NCBI GenBank assembly: GCA_010093815.1
Contig: ML996569.1
From: Pseudovirgaria hyperparasitica
Taxonomy: Eukaryota
DNA length: 64,000 nt
Direction: 5' to 3' (one strand)
Below the pieces are notes generated by a model. That model made no database searches and had not been told where the DNA came from. It was given only the letters and a program-made list of their open reading frames with translations. A program made the position numbers and the translations under genes. The first letter of the stretch is position 1, and the number at the start of each line of letters is the position of its first letter. Positions 37,901 through 51,425 of the stretch are shown piece by piece.

Positions 37901-38713
37901 ATGCCATCGCCAACATCCTCCTCTGACGAACTGCCTTTCGGCATCAGCGAAGACCTCGTCCAATCGCCCGCCCACAAAGCCGCCGGAATCTCGGAAACAA
38001 CGTTTGATGGCCTCCTCGCCACGCCGCTGAAGCTGCACGAAGACCTCAAGGAGGGATGTGGCGGCCAGCTCTGGCCCGCCGGCATGGTGCTGTCCAAGTA
38101 CATGCTCCGCCAACACAGGGATACGCTCAAGGGCAAATCAATGTTTGTACGCCGGACAAGTCGACGACGGACCAAGGGGCGTGTGTTTGTTTGCTGACGC
38201 GTGGGTCCGCAGAGTCGAGCTTGGTGCCGGAGGGGGACTGGTTGGGCTGGCCGTGGCCATGGGTTGTGAGACGGACGAGCCTGTGTGGATCACAGACCAG
38301 CTCCCCATGTTTGCGCTCATGAGGAGAAATGTTGAGTTGAATGGTCTTGAGGGTCGCGCGAAGGCAGCCATTTATGACTGGGGCAGCGCAGTTCCGGACG
38401 GGCTGCCGAATTCGCCGGATGTAATTCTAGCGGCGGATTGTGTCTATTTTGAGCCTGCGTTTCCGCTGCTTCAGCAGACACTCAGGGATCTCATTGGAGA
38501 GAATACGACGTGCTACTTCTGCTTCAAGAAGAGAAGAAGGGCAGATCTGCAGTTCATGAAGGCCGCGAGGAAGATGTTCAATGTTGAGGAGGTGGAAGAC
38601 CCAGATCGGGAGATCTATGGGAAGCAGAGCATATTCCTGTAAGTCAGCTCCATCCTTCTGAAGTCGAAAAGCTGATCAGACTTTGTAGATATAAATTTAC
38701 TAAGAAAGCATGA
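37901..38713 (+). CDS. EFM6: Protein-lysine N-methyltransferase Efm6 (METTL21-like)
   Basis: LHEDLKEGCGGQLWPAG, VELGAGGGLVG, ITDQ, ILAADCVYFEPAF, KKRRRAD. Introns 38143-38212 and 38639-38688. Confidence 0.88.
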
Positions 38714-39005
38714 TCACGTGCTGTCGCTTTGGCACTCTCAGCTAGGAGGCACCAACATATTCAACACCTTGAGAGAAACAGGACACAGGACACAGGACAC
38801 CAAGCACAGAGTCGTCTAGAAAACATCAAGCTGAGTACTCATTTTCATGTGATCTTTAAGAAGTGGTATATAAAAGCACTACAAAAACCCGATGCGTTGC
38901 GAATGATGCGATCGATAAAATATCGACATGAAGCAGCACCTCCTCAAGAGAAAGACCAATACTCGTACTCCATCTTCAAATAATAAAAATAAGAATACAC
39001 ATTAT

Positions 39006-40173
<1,168 letters not shown>

Positions 40174-40491
40174 ATTGGCGACGGCTTATAGTTTTGTCTG
40201 AAGAGGTGACCAGGTGGCGGAAACGTGTATATATATGGAGGTGGTGGTGCGGCTGGAGGAGATGCCGAGGATTGTCGGTCAGTGAGCGTCCACTAGGCAG
40301 ATGAAGGCTCGGGAGTAAGCCAGACAATCGCAGGGGGTCTATATAACTGGCATGTAGTCGTCATGCGACACCGTAAAGAGACCGAGAATTAAAGTCACTA
40401 TATAACAAAGAAAAGATGAGGATATATCAGACATCGGAATAACATCCGGCAACCCTCGAGGGGTTCAAGTTGCCGGACCCCGACCAAGCAG

Positions 40492-40550
40492 CCAATCACA
40501 TCACGACCGATTCTAAAACCCAGGGAGCCAATCACAGTAGAGCAGATAAT
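40492..40550 (+). promoter_or_regulatory. Two tandem CCAAT-N12-GAT motifs (CBC:HapX-type CSAAT-N12-RWT) plus an overlapping GATA site upstream of HEM2
   Basis: CCAAT 40492-96 with GAT 40509-11; CCAAT 40528-32 with GAT 40545-47 (within AGATAA). Confidence 0.6.
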
Positions 40551-41765
40551 GACAGAGGCCGCTTTGCCTCTCTGGGCTAGCGTTGCTGGTCCTCAATTGA
40601 CATCGCGTCCAACATCGTTTGCCGTTTGTGGTTTCTCATCGCATTATTCACTCCGCTTCCTGGCTACTAGTTGACCTTCCCTTCAATTACCCAGCTGTCA
40701 ATTGAATATGCAATGGTAGTTCCTATCCGGCGACGGAACTTGAGCAAATGTTCAGACATTTTTGTTTGTTGTTCGCGTACTTTTTGTACATTGGGTAGCA
40801 TGTATTCAGAAATCTATATTCCCTAGAAACTGGGGATCGGACAAGCGAGGATGAATACGTAAGCTAGGTCGAAGACATAGCAAGAGCCGCCTATGCATTG
40901 CGACTGCATACAGTATAACCAAAGTTTCCAGTTCAATGGGAACGCAGCGCGGCGACATTCATGACATGGTTTCCTGAGTTTTGTATAAGCATCATATGGG
41001 CTGCTACCTAAGGTAATTAGTCGACGTCGAGTTGTTTTCTTTCATCCAGTATTCAAGAGCATGGCCCTATATTGTGGAAAACTGGTCATTCGACGCACTA
41101 TCGTAGAACTTCCGGCCTTTCAAAACAGAAAAACTAACTGCAAAATCTCAATTGCGGTCTCGTCGCTGAAGGGCGCGTAAGTAGAGTTATATCGTCCTGT
41201 CCACTAAAATCTTATATAACCTATACAAGATGGGCAGGCGCGTGGCCAAGGTCTATTGGAAGGCACGACTGTCTCCTATTCCAAGTCTCTACCTTATTTC
41301 AACCACTGTTTCGTCTCCATCTCCATGTCCGCTTCTCTCACCGCCTCCTTTTCCACTTTACATTCACTTTACGTCCTGGTAGTGCGTATCAATCTTGAAT
41401 CACTTTGACAACTCATCTGCCAGTTGTAGATATGACATCGTTCCGCGTGTATAATGACGAGCTCGGACGGGTATCTGGGCCTACAAGGAGAGGTAACCCC
41501 CCCCTCCCCCCCCTCTCTCCCCCAAAAGTGAACAACGCAATGTGTAACCCTCTTGTTGTGACCACGCGAGATTGAGCCAATTTTCACTACAGGTCGCAAG
41601 CGTCTGACAAAAGTGCGTCCCCCCCGGAAATCTCAACCTCTTCACAACACCCCTCGTCCACCTCTGGTTGCCCACCGTACTTCAATCTTACTTCGAGGCT
41701 CGGGCACCTTATGTGAGCTTGCTTACTCGCCAAACGTTGTCAGCTATCATTCATCACGAGCTACA

Positions 41766-44399
41766 ATGGACAAACGTCAGTTTTCGGACGGTTCTGGCAG
41801 CCGCAGAGACAAACCACTTCCACCGACCCCAGGTCAACACTCCTATGTCCGGCGTATGCAGTCCAATCCAGACCTGACTCACACTCTGCATGGTCAAAGC
41901 AGTCGCTACTTCAGTAATCTGCGTCATCAGAATCAGTCAATGGCCAATTTTGGCACTTACGATGAAAGATCTGACGAAAACATGCCTCACGGTGCAACCG
42001 CACCTGCGTTACCTCAGAGAGCTCACAGTAAGATACACTTATCCTCAACATACTTCCAGATCTGACACGTTTCTCTAGTTTCATTCAGATCTGACACTAA
42101 GTCGTCTCTTCTCGACAAGTCGACCAACTCTGCAGTCAACGAGTCCGTCATCTCTGACGAAGTCTCACCAAAGCCAGCTCCAGAAAAGCAAGGCCATTCA
42201 CGGTCAGCTATCGGCACCTTCTTCCGTTTCGGAAAGAACAAGACTAACCGGCCTAGACTGGCGAGCGGGTCAAATTCCCCGTCTGTTCGCAAGAAAATCT
42301 CTCTTTCTGATATCTCAGCTCCCTTGATGATCTCATCTCCTTTGATCATCTCATCTCCTTTGATGCCAGATGCCTCACTAGATGCACCAATAAGCCATGC
42401 GAAATTTGCACAAGCAAGCTCCGCATCAAAAAAGCCAGCAAGCCATGACCCTTTTGACGACTATTCCGACAGCGAGATCGAGCTCCCTGTCACCAAGAAC
42501 GTCCCGGTAATCCCACCTCCAGGAGAAGCGTCAGATGCATCGAATCCTCGATTGACTGCACTCCCTACATCTGGCTCACAGTATGCATTTCCGCAAGTTG
42601 AGGACAAAGATCTTCGCCGTCGTACTGGTGCTGGCGTAGTCACAAAGATGAAAGGTGCCTTCACCGGATTCACTAGCCATTCGAAGAGCAAGCGAACCAC
42701 GGCTATCGCGTCGGACACGCTTAACGACAAAGTCAAGGAAAGTCTCGAGAATGAGAGCCTTAAAAAACGTTTGTTTCCTGATGATGAGCTCTTGTCTTCC
42801 AACAAACCTCGCCATAGCTATTTTCCTCTCAAGCCTAAGGCGTCTACTACAAAGCTCAAGAAGTCCAAGATCCATCCAAGGATGGACACCATGCATGAAT
42901 TGCAAGAGCCAGAAATTGCAACAAAACCCTCCACTTTCCCAGATTTCGAAGAAGATTCCGACTTTCTGTATCAGGAGCCACCTGCCGGTCTCCTTGAAGC
43001 CGCCAAAAACAACGATCCGCATCTGCCTCAGCTCAGCGGTTACGATCCTCAAAGACCATGGTCGCAGGCAAGACTCCAGAAGCTTCGCAACGAACACGTC
43101 AATATTGAAATTGCCGATCGTCTGCCTCCAATCAATCCACTCCGTCAGCACCCAGATGTCATGTCTTTCGCGAAACGTCCAAGCGACAAAGAGATTGCAG
43201 CTCGTCGCGCCGCTCAAAACATTCCAAGCCCACCATCTACCGGCTTTAGTGTACGTTCAGAGCCTCTTCCTTTCGGCACAAACTTCTCGCGTCCTCATAC
43301 CTCCTCAGCCATGAGTAGCTATTACTCCGAACCTCCAGATGCCTTCGATCATGACGAGGACAGCCCGAGCCATACTTATTCAAACCGCCATACCATCACT
43401 CAGAGTCGCTACCGCCTACAGAACCTAGATGAGGACGCAATCTATCGTACAGATCTCAGTCTTTCACCTCATGATTCGCGAAGCCCTCCTTACTTCACCG
43501 CCCAGACCTCTTTCAGCGATCGATCTGACGCTCCATCCCTGATAGGACGCACAGGCAATGCGTACATGTACCATCCTAACGATGAAGAATCGATGGAAGA
43601 GGCCGAAGGAAGCTCCGCACGCTACGGCACAGTTCAGCGTGGCGTTGACGTTCATCGTACAGCAAGATCTCAGGCAAGTGACGACTATTTCATGACTAGA
43701 TCGCCCTCATCACTCAATCTCTCCGCCGGATCTTCACGTCCTCAACGCTTTGCATCACTACCTGGTAGTGATGTTGATGTACCAGCACCCGCCCAGTCGT
43801 ACCCAGGCTATCGCCGACAGGGCATAGCACTACAGGAATCACCCCTGAAGCGTACCGTGTCCACTATCTCGCACTACGCCCTCTCGGAGGAATCTGCCCG
43901 CCTCTTCAACGGCAGATCGTACACACTACCACCGGACTACTCGGATTCCGAGCTGGACCGTGAGGTGGAAGAGCCTGGACAGGCGACGCGTCGCTTGTCC
44001 AAGATCCCAGAAATGGGTGAGAACCGCCGTTCAGGCTCGACCGCCTCGCGGTCAATCCGAGATTCGAAGGCTTCCTCCTCCGGGAGCAGCAGGACTTTGC
44101 GGCGTCGCCGCCCCACCCAACTCTTCGCCGCCTTCTCCGCACAGGAGAGGGAAGAGGTTTCGGCCAGCCAGGCTGGTGGAGAGGAGGGTGGGGAGGGTGG
44201 AGAGAGAGAGAGTGGTGCGGCTGAGCACACCTGCGGGCGGCGTCGTTCCAACGACTCCGACTTTTCCATCACCTCGTCGCTCCTGGACGAGGTGGACAAC
44301 TACGGAGAAGGAGGGGTCGAGTTCGGCGTCGCTCGCGCCATACCAATTGTCTTCTCGGGGAAGGCAAGGCTCGTAGACATCCCGCCCCGCCGCAAGTAG
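41766..44399 (+). CDS. Ser/Pro-rich, probably disordered hypothetical protein (~860 aa)
   Basis: ATG at 41766 (ACAATG). A 51-nt intron 42028-42078 (GTAAGA..CTGAC..TAG) removes the in-frame stop and links to ORF 42324..44399. No globular domain recognised. Confidence 0.7.
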
Positions 44400-46011
44400 G
44401 CGGGGGGTGGGATTGTCGGTGATGCTTCCGGCGGGGGGGAGGGGGGAGAGGCCTGTGTGGCGTACACGCTGTCAGCTCCGGCTGCTTTTGCAGCAATGTT
44501 TTGTGGCTGCCATGGGCGCCCGGGCGGTTTTTCCGCTCAATACCATTTGTTTCTTGACCTATCCTCTACATGATTCTGTGATGTGACTACCTTGTGATGA
44601 TACTTTTTCCAATAGCCCGTACCGCTTTTGCCAATTTGCACACTGATGAGATTGCCATTTTTTCTGAAGGTAGGAATGAATACCACTGTTTCTGACAACA
44701 CAGATACCACTACCCTCGAGTGGAAGATCTAGCTTAAGACAGTTTCGGCGCGTTGGCTATTGATATATACGTCCATCTATCAACGTTTCAGTATACCCAA
44801 CACATGCTTACACATTAAGAAAATAACATGACTACTACATATAAAGCACCCTCAACATTCCCAAAGACCCAAACAACATCTTCCAAGTCGAGTATGGAGC
44901 GGTTCTGGGCCACTTTGGATGTGGAACAATGCATATCTTGCGGGGACTTTCGGGTTTTATACAGTTATACATTTGATGAATAGAATTCGTAGTTGGGAGT
45001 AATGCTGTTTGATTGGAACTCTATGTGTACTGCATGTGTATGGAGCTGGGTGAAGTGTGGTTTGAGGTGGGTTTGATAGTCGTATATTTACTTCTCGGAT
45101 GGAGAAGGGGTGGTTTTGGTATAGTTAGGGGTTTGAGGATAGGATATAGAGGTGAGGAATTGGAGGTTTGCGAGGGCTGGGCTGTTGATATCTGTCCTGG
45201 GCAGTGGACCTTTAGTGGGTTTGATGGGAGGATGGGCGTATATATATAAACATACGCTTCTATTCACGAGCGATATATATACTTCGAACCCAAGATATCA
45301 CACTATCCAACCCATTCAACTATCGCCACCCCTACCAGCAGCATGCCCCCAAAAAAGGAGCATTATCAAAGCACGCAGATGCGCGTGGCCTTCCTCCTGC
45401 AGAAACCCCCGTTCGATCGGAGACTTTATACCACGCCTTCAGCGCTACGATATACTGTATCTACCCTTTCGGCTGGCGACCAACGATGTAACGTCCCACG
45501 CGTACGTGATAAAATTCCCGATGCTATCGGGGAATTTTGTTATATGGCACTTGCTTTGGGAGCGGTATTGAGCGTGTTTTTTCAGTTTTGTAGGTGTGGT
45601 TTCTGGGGATGTGATGTAGTTTTGCATTAATGAGCTGTGGGATGCGTACAAAGGTAGTTGGGGAGGAAGGGAGTTACATTCAAGAAAAGAATACGAGAAT
45701 GGCCTGGTTACCGCGCTTTGTGGATGTGAGAAGTAAGGCATTGTTTCACACCTGCAGATGCTATAGAGCCGCATATGCGTGCATATATGTATGTATGCAG
45801 CGACGGCATTTTCGAACACGCGTGTCTGATTCCTCCTATCCATCGTGCTCTGCGCGGTGTATAAAGTCGCGCTGGCTGTCGAGGTTGTACTTCTCCCCCA
45901 AAATCCATTGATACTGCTCTTATCTTCATCTCTATCTCCATCTCCATATTCAACTCAGATCAAATACACCCCTTCCCCATCCTTCCCTCGCCACCCAATT
46001 TCCCACCCACA

Positions 46012-46520
46012 ATGCACCCTTTTCTCTCCCTCATCCATCTCATCCAGCTACTCCTCGTCATCCCCCTCCTCACCTCTGCCCTCACAATCCGCCCTACGAC
46101 CACAACCAACCCCCTCCGCCGCCAAGTCCAAGAAGGTTCCCCGGTACCCGGCAAAGTAAACTTCTGCACCGGCACAAACACAAGCGGCGACTGCGACTGG
46201 CGCGTCGTCACCTTCGGCGAGTGCAACGCGCTGCCCGACGGATTCGCCAAGAACACGGGCTCGTTCATGGTTGCGGCTGGGGCGGTGTGCTATGTTACCA
46301 TGTGAGTATATACCTGAAAAAAAAAACGGGTGGTTCCATTATGGGATTCTGATGTTGTGATATCAGGAACGAGGATGCGGCGGGCGAATGCGTGGCGAAT
46401 GCGGGTTATGCGGTACGACCGCCGGGGAATGTGGATATGTTCAATGTGCAAGGACGGGATTTCGGGCATGCCGTGACGGGGTTCCGCTGTGAGCGGTGTG
46501 ATGAGTGTCAGACGAATTAA
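46012..46520 (+). CDS. Small secreted Cys-rich protein, beta/gamma-crystallin-like pattern (147 aa)
   Basis: Hydrophobic signal peptide, LRR dibasic site, 8 Cys. Intron 46302-46366 (GTGAGT..CTGAT..CAG); exon 2 ends ...GFRCERCDECQTN*. Confidence 0.78.
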
Positions 46521-46637
46521 GAGGACATGTGGTGGATGGGTGACACTGGGGTGTGGAAGTTAAGGGCATTTTTTGTGTGTGCAGTATATACAATACAAAA
46601 CAATATATCATTATATTATACAAAGCTCGAAGCTACG

Positions 46638-49004
46638 CTATGCACTGGCGAAGTGTCCACTAGACGGTGTGGAGGGCTCGTTTAATAGTACAGATAATCT
46701 GTCAAGCGCAGCTTCTCTTTCTTGTGGATGGGGGTGTGTCCACCGTATGTCAAGCTCGTGCCAGACATCTAGCACACGCTCTCTTGTTGTACATTTGGCG
46801 TAAGCTCTGAGGATTGTGGTGACCAAGCCGACTGTCATGCGAGCAGGGTTGACATCTGCGTCGAGTGCTGCGTCGAGAGCTGTGCACAGAGCGACAAACA
46901 CCTTGTCCAGTCGTGCTTCAGTCCAGGCGCTATAAGGAAGTGCTCCGTGTCTCTTGAAGCCGTCGAAGAGGGACATGAAGATGTGGCCGTCAGAAGTCGC
47001 ACCTGCGGAGGTGAGTTCCTGCAACAGTTCCGTCACGCGATCGAGGTTTCCTGTGAGCCGGGCGTGATATCCAAGCAGAAGGCGATATGTGGCTATGTCC
47101 GGGCCAACCAGAGCGTGCTTGTGGGCCAGCGCCAATCTCCATCGGTGTCTGGGATTTCCTTCAATAGCACTCAGATGCCAACCTTCCCACTTCCACTTCA
47201 CGGTATGGCGATACAACATCGTGCTTTGTTGCTTGGCGCTTTGCAGGTCTTTCATGCGATGGAAGACCTGCTCGGCAGCCACAGGATCGTTTGCAGCTAT
47301 AAGCGCAGTGATCACGGCGTTGAGCACCAGAGTGTCGATGACTGAACCCTGGCTGACCATTTTCTTGTACGCATGCCTGATGCCCTGGCAGTCCCCGACG
47401 ACGCCATAATAGCTTATCAAGCCCACATCAAAGTATCGACTGTTGCGTATCTGCCTACGTTTCATTTCCTTCCTAATCATCATGACTGTGTCGAAGTTTT
47501 TAGCCTTTAGCGCCACTTGTGATAAAACATTGAATGTGATCTCATTTGACGCATGGCCTTGGCGTTCCATCTCCCGCCAGAGACATAGGGACGTCTCTAC
47601 GTCGTTATCTTCAGCATGGTTGCCAGACTGGCCTGCGATTCGTATAGCCCAATTCCAGTGACGGGTCCCAATTTCGACCCCACAAGCCCGGTATTCGTCC
47701 AGAAGTGTAAAGTATCGTTCTGAAGACGCTGGGTCTGATCTATGAACAAGATTAAAGAACGATAGTAGATCGTATGCAGTGACTTTGCCAAGTTGGAGAG
47801 GACGCGGTTCAGGAAGGCTGCTATACAGGTTGTATACCACGTTTGGCGGGGTCTTGTACCATCGTATCAGGTCCTGTATTATCCTCACAGTCTGCTCAGT
47901 ATCCTCAGTCGGAGTGAGTGGCTGTAAAATGTCATGAGATATCCTCTCTTCATTCGCAACCTCAATATCTTGCAAGTCTTGTGATTCTCGCCATCGGAGT
48001 CGTTTCAACCATTTTTCGAATCCTGGGGCATCTTCAAGGAGAGCATATAGCTCATCTTTAGAGAGATGGTAGTCTGTCAATGATGCAGCCTCGAAACTCT
48101 TTGCTTTGTCGATCCAGTACTGAACACAGTTGACGAAGATGCGCTTCGATCTTTGGTCAGCCTCCTTGAAGCCCGGCACATAGGTTTTGCAATACGTTGC
48201 GACCTGCCATGACTCTCTCCAAGTTCGTTCTCTTGGGTAACGGTCCGCGACTTCAATGGCCAGCGAGTCAACTCTTGTCATCCCGGTAGCATCTCCTATG
48301 CTGATCTTCTCCAAAGCATCATTCTTCAGCGAAGAGTGTTCGGGCGGCCTTTGCTCTGCAATTGAGGCTGCGCTACGCCGGAGCTTAAAACCGGCTTTCG
48401 ACACTGGGATGCTATGGCTGGTTGATTGTGCTGGTGTTGAAGAGGTTGGAGGTGCAGAAGGTGCAGGAATTTCGTCTACCGATCTAGCTGTACTGGGCTT
48501 TGAACGCTTTGTACTCGGTCCATGCTGTGTCTTCAGGGCATTCGCGCCCCCGTGACAGTTTCTAGGCCCGATCAGAGTATCAATCGCCGCCTCGAAATCT
48601 CCAGACTTTTGTATATCCTGGGCTGGAACTGTAGCTGGCGTGTCAAGATGGCGACCAGTGGTAGAGAAAGTGCGCTTGGTGCTGGATTTAGTGCATGTAA
48701 AGAGACCTTGTGTTCTGTGACAATTCCACCGACTCTGGGAAGTTCCGCATGATCGTATTGCCTCGTGTTTGTTGTGCTTCCTACAGGATCCCGCTCGCAC
48801 GAGAGCCTTGATGAGTAGTGCATTAACATCTTCACGATCGGCTACAACTCTTGACATATCACGACGGCGTGATCTCGAAGAAGTCGTATTTCCAGCTCCC
48901 ATAACCGGAACCCCCGGGTATAAGAATTCTAAGATTGGTCCACCTCTTATTTGCGAGACGGAGGAGTTTCTCGTCGACCTTTGTAAGGAGCCAAAAAGGT
49001 ACAT
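46638..49004 (-). CDS. Mitochondrial pentatricopeptide-repeat (PPR) protein
   Basis: ~35-aa helical repeats (HWNWAIRIAG, SNEITFNVL, IDTLVLNAVITALIAA..AAEQVFHRM, PDIATYRLLL); N-terminal 'PILEFLYP'. Confidence 0.82.
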   Translation of the reverse strand: MYLFGSLQRSTRNSSVSQIRGGPILEFLYPGVPVMGAGNTTSSRSRRRDMSRVVADREDVNALLIKALVRAGSCRKHNKHEAIRSCGTSQSRWNCHRTQGLFTCTKSSTKRTFSTTGRHLDTPATVPAQDIQKSGDFEAAIDTLIGPRNCHGGANALKTQHGPSTKRSKPSTARSVDEIPAPSAPPTSSTPAQSTSHSIPVSKAGFKLRRSAASIAEQRPPEHSSLKNDALEKISIGDATGMTRVDSLAIEVADRYPRERTWRESWQVATYCKTYVPGFKEADQRSKRIFVNCVQYWIDKAKSFEAASLTDYHLSKDELYALLEDAPGFEKWLKRLRWRESQDLQDIEVANEERISHDILQPLTPTEDTEQTVRIIQDLIRWYKTPPNVVYNLYSSLPEPRPLQLGKVTAYDLLSFFNLVHRSDPASSERYFTLLDEYRACGVEIGTRHWNWAIRIAGQSGNHAEDNDVETSLCLWREMERQGHASNEITFNVLSQVALKAKNFDTVMMIRKEMKRRQIRNSRYFDVGLISYYGVVGDCQGIRHAYKKMVSQGSVIDTLVLNAVITALIAANDPVAAEQVFHRMKDLQSAKQQSTMLYRHTVKWKWEGWHLSAIEGNPRHRWRLALAHKHALVGPDIATYRLLLGYHARLTGNLDRVTELLQELTSAGATSDGHIFMSLFDGFKRHGALPYSAWTEARLDKVFVALCTALDAALDADVNPARMTVGLVTTILRAYAKCTTRERVLDVWHELDIRWTHPHPQEREAALDRLSVLLNEPSTPSSGHFASA

Positions 49005-49346
49005 GAAGCACCGCGCATCGTGTTCAAGCTAATGACAAGGCTCCATTTGTGGCAGAAGAAGATTCAAGGGTAGGTATTATATTTCAATTCGGTTCGAAGG
49101 TAGGCCTGAAAGCTGTATCTTGTAGGTAATCGCAGCAGGTGATGCTCCTCCGAGCTCGACGTTGGTGTCTCCTCCGGTAACCCGCGTTTTTTCGAACTAG
49201 AACCATTCCGGAAAATCATCGGTGAATGGATGCACCGCGTTTTCTGTACCAGCTCCAACACCCTCCGACGGCCTTTCTGTCGTGTGCATATGCCAACCTT
49301 GACTTTCGTTGTCTCCCCTTCGATGATCGTCTAGTACATAGCTTCA

Positions 49347-50152
49347 ATGGGCCGGTACAACTTCACCGCCCAACGCGTGCATCGCGCCGCACAAGCTCTC
49401 CTTGATCAAGAACGCCTGCACGCTGCTCCTGCATGGCACGAAGTCGTCTACACCGTCCCACCCCCCGAGATTCTCACGCGAACCGTTCAACAGATCAGAG
49501 CCCCGCCTCATGGCCGGCGGAAGAAGCGCAATGCCAAGATGTTCATGCCTCCGGAGCTCAAATACCCAGAAGATGAACTACGGAGCGAGTTCTTCCATGA
49601 CCACCCGTGGGAGCTGGCGCGACCGAAGATAGTGGTCGAGGACAGCGGGAACTCTGCCAAGGGCTATGATTGGAGTAAGATTACACAAGATGGGAAAAAG
49701 CTGGACGGTGAGAGGTATGCAGTTCAATTCTAGGAGGCTGTTTGGCACTCGAATGAGCATCTGCTGACCATGACGACAGTGTTGTGCAAAGACAAGCATG
49801 GCTAATGCGACATGAGCGGCTCGAAAAAGCGGTAGCATATGACAAAGCCCGCAAAGAATTCTACAAAATTCGAAATGTTGAAGACATTGCTCGACGCATA
49901 GCGAAGGAAGAGGCAATGGCATACGGTGCCTACTTCGGCAAAGGTCCTCTAGAAATAGGTATGGAGCTAGAGAACAAGGCCTGGGATAACTGGAGACAAT
50001 GGGCCGCAGAGCAGATCAAGCTGGCGCAGTACGGCAAGGCTGCTTCTGGCTCCATCGACTCCGGGCCGACTACGAGCGAATACAGCAAAGATATGATCGA
50101 CGAGGAGGATCCAGATCAACTTCCAGAGAGTCTCGCAATCAGCGAGGGGTAG
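49347..50152 (+). CDS. RSM25: Mitochondrial small ribosomal subunit protein Rsm25 (mS23)
   Basis: YPEDELRSEFFHDHPWELARP, LDGESVVQRQ, AYDKARKEFY, EEAMAYGAYFG. Intron 49715-49779. Confidence 0.92.
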
Positions 50153-50290
50153 CACTTTAAGCACCACATATTTGAAAATTGTGTATATATGTACCAACAA
50201 GTACAGTTCTTGAGTATCTATAGAGCAAAATCTATCATTTACCACGGATCACTACCATCAGTAGAGCAATACTGCGGAATGATACTATGG

Positions 50291-51425
50291 TTACGACTCT
50301 CCTAACCCGAACATCTTGATAGAGTTCCGCCAAGAGTACTCACAAACATCTTCTACAGGGATGCCTTTGATGTTTGCAATAGCATAAGCCACATGAGGCA
50401 GGGTTGCCGGCTCATTTCTGCCCTTGACCATACACCCCTTTGCCCACTTTTCCTTCTTGACAGCTTTTACCAGCGGCGGTGCATTCTTCGTGTACTGCGC
50501 CGATGCATGACTTGGTCTCATCTCACACTGCTGACATTAGTCGTGAAAATACGAGACAGTACTCGAACCTTGTACGTACCCATGGCCCATCCGTCTCGAT
50601 CTGCAACCGCTCCAACGGGATTTCTTTGACCACAGCAATGTTCTCCTCGGTCTTCATACTGCAGCCATTGACACCCACGTCGAGCCCGAGATCCACCATC
50701 CTCCGCATCTCCTCCATCGTCCCCGTGAAGCTATGGACCAGCCCTTTCTTAGGCAGCCTCTCCAACACCGGTGCCAGTAGCCTCTCAAAATCCTCACTTG
50801 CTGCTCGTGAATGCAGGAAAAGGGGCAATTGAAGTTCGACTGCCAGATCGAGCTGTTTCTCAAAATACTTTAGTTGCTGGTCCTTCGGCGTGAGGAATAG
50901 GCGATCATAGTCCAGTCCAATCTCGCCGAATGCAACGGCATGGCCGGATGCTTGTGCAGATTTGGCGAGTGATGACAGAGCGGACAGCAATGCGTCTGGG
51001 CCGTCCTTGTAGTCGTCGAATTGCTTCGCTGAGCATGGGTGGACGCCTACTGTGGCGTAGCAAAGGCCCGCTGAACAATCTATCAGCACCATGGTACAGA
51101 GATAATATGAGAGTAACTACTTACGGTGCTGTTTAGCAATCTCAATTGCGCGTTCAGATTCCTTTAGGTCTGATCCCGTGACCATCATTTTCGTGCATCC
51201 CACGTCCTGAGCGCGCTGGAGAATGTCCAGGAAGTCATCTTCGTGAGCTTGCTTGCCATGGTACTGCCCTCGAAAGACGGGATCGCTGAGATTGATACCA
51301 ATCTGGCTTTGGTATCAGCTTCGCGAACCAGAGAAGACGTGGCGGCGAAAGTGACAAACATCAACGTATTGTAAAAGTTTTGCCGTAGCCCGGGTAGGCT
51401 TATCAACAGCAGGGGCTGATGCCAT
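50291..51425 (-). CDS. TatD-family deoxyribonuclease
   Basis: DIGINL, TVGVHP, GEIGLDYDR, LPLFLHSR, VHSFTG, ETDGPWCE, RNEP. Introns ~51303-51359, ~51072-51124, 50528-50579. Confidence 0.92.
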
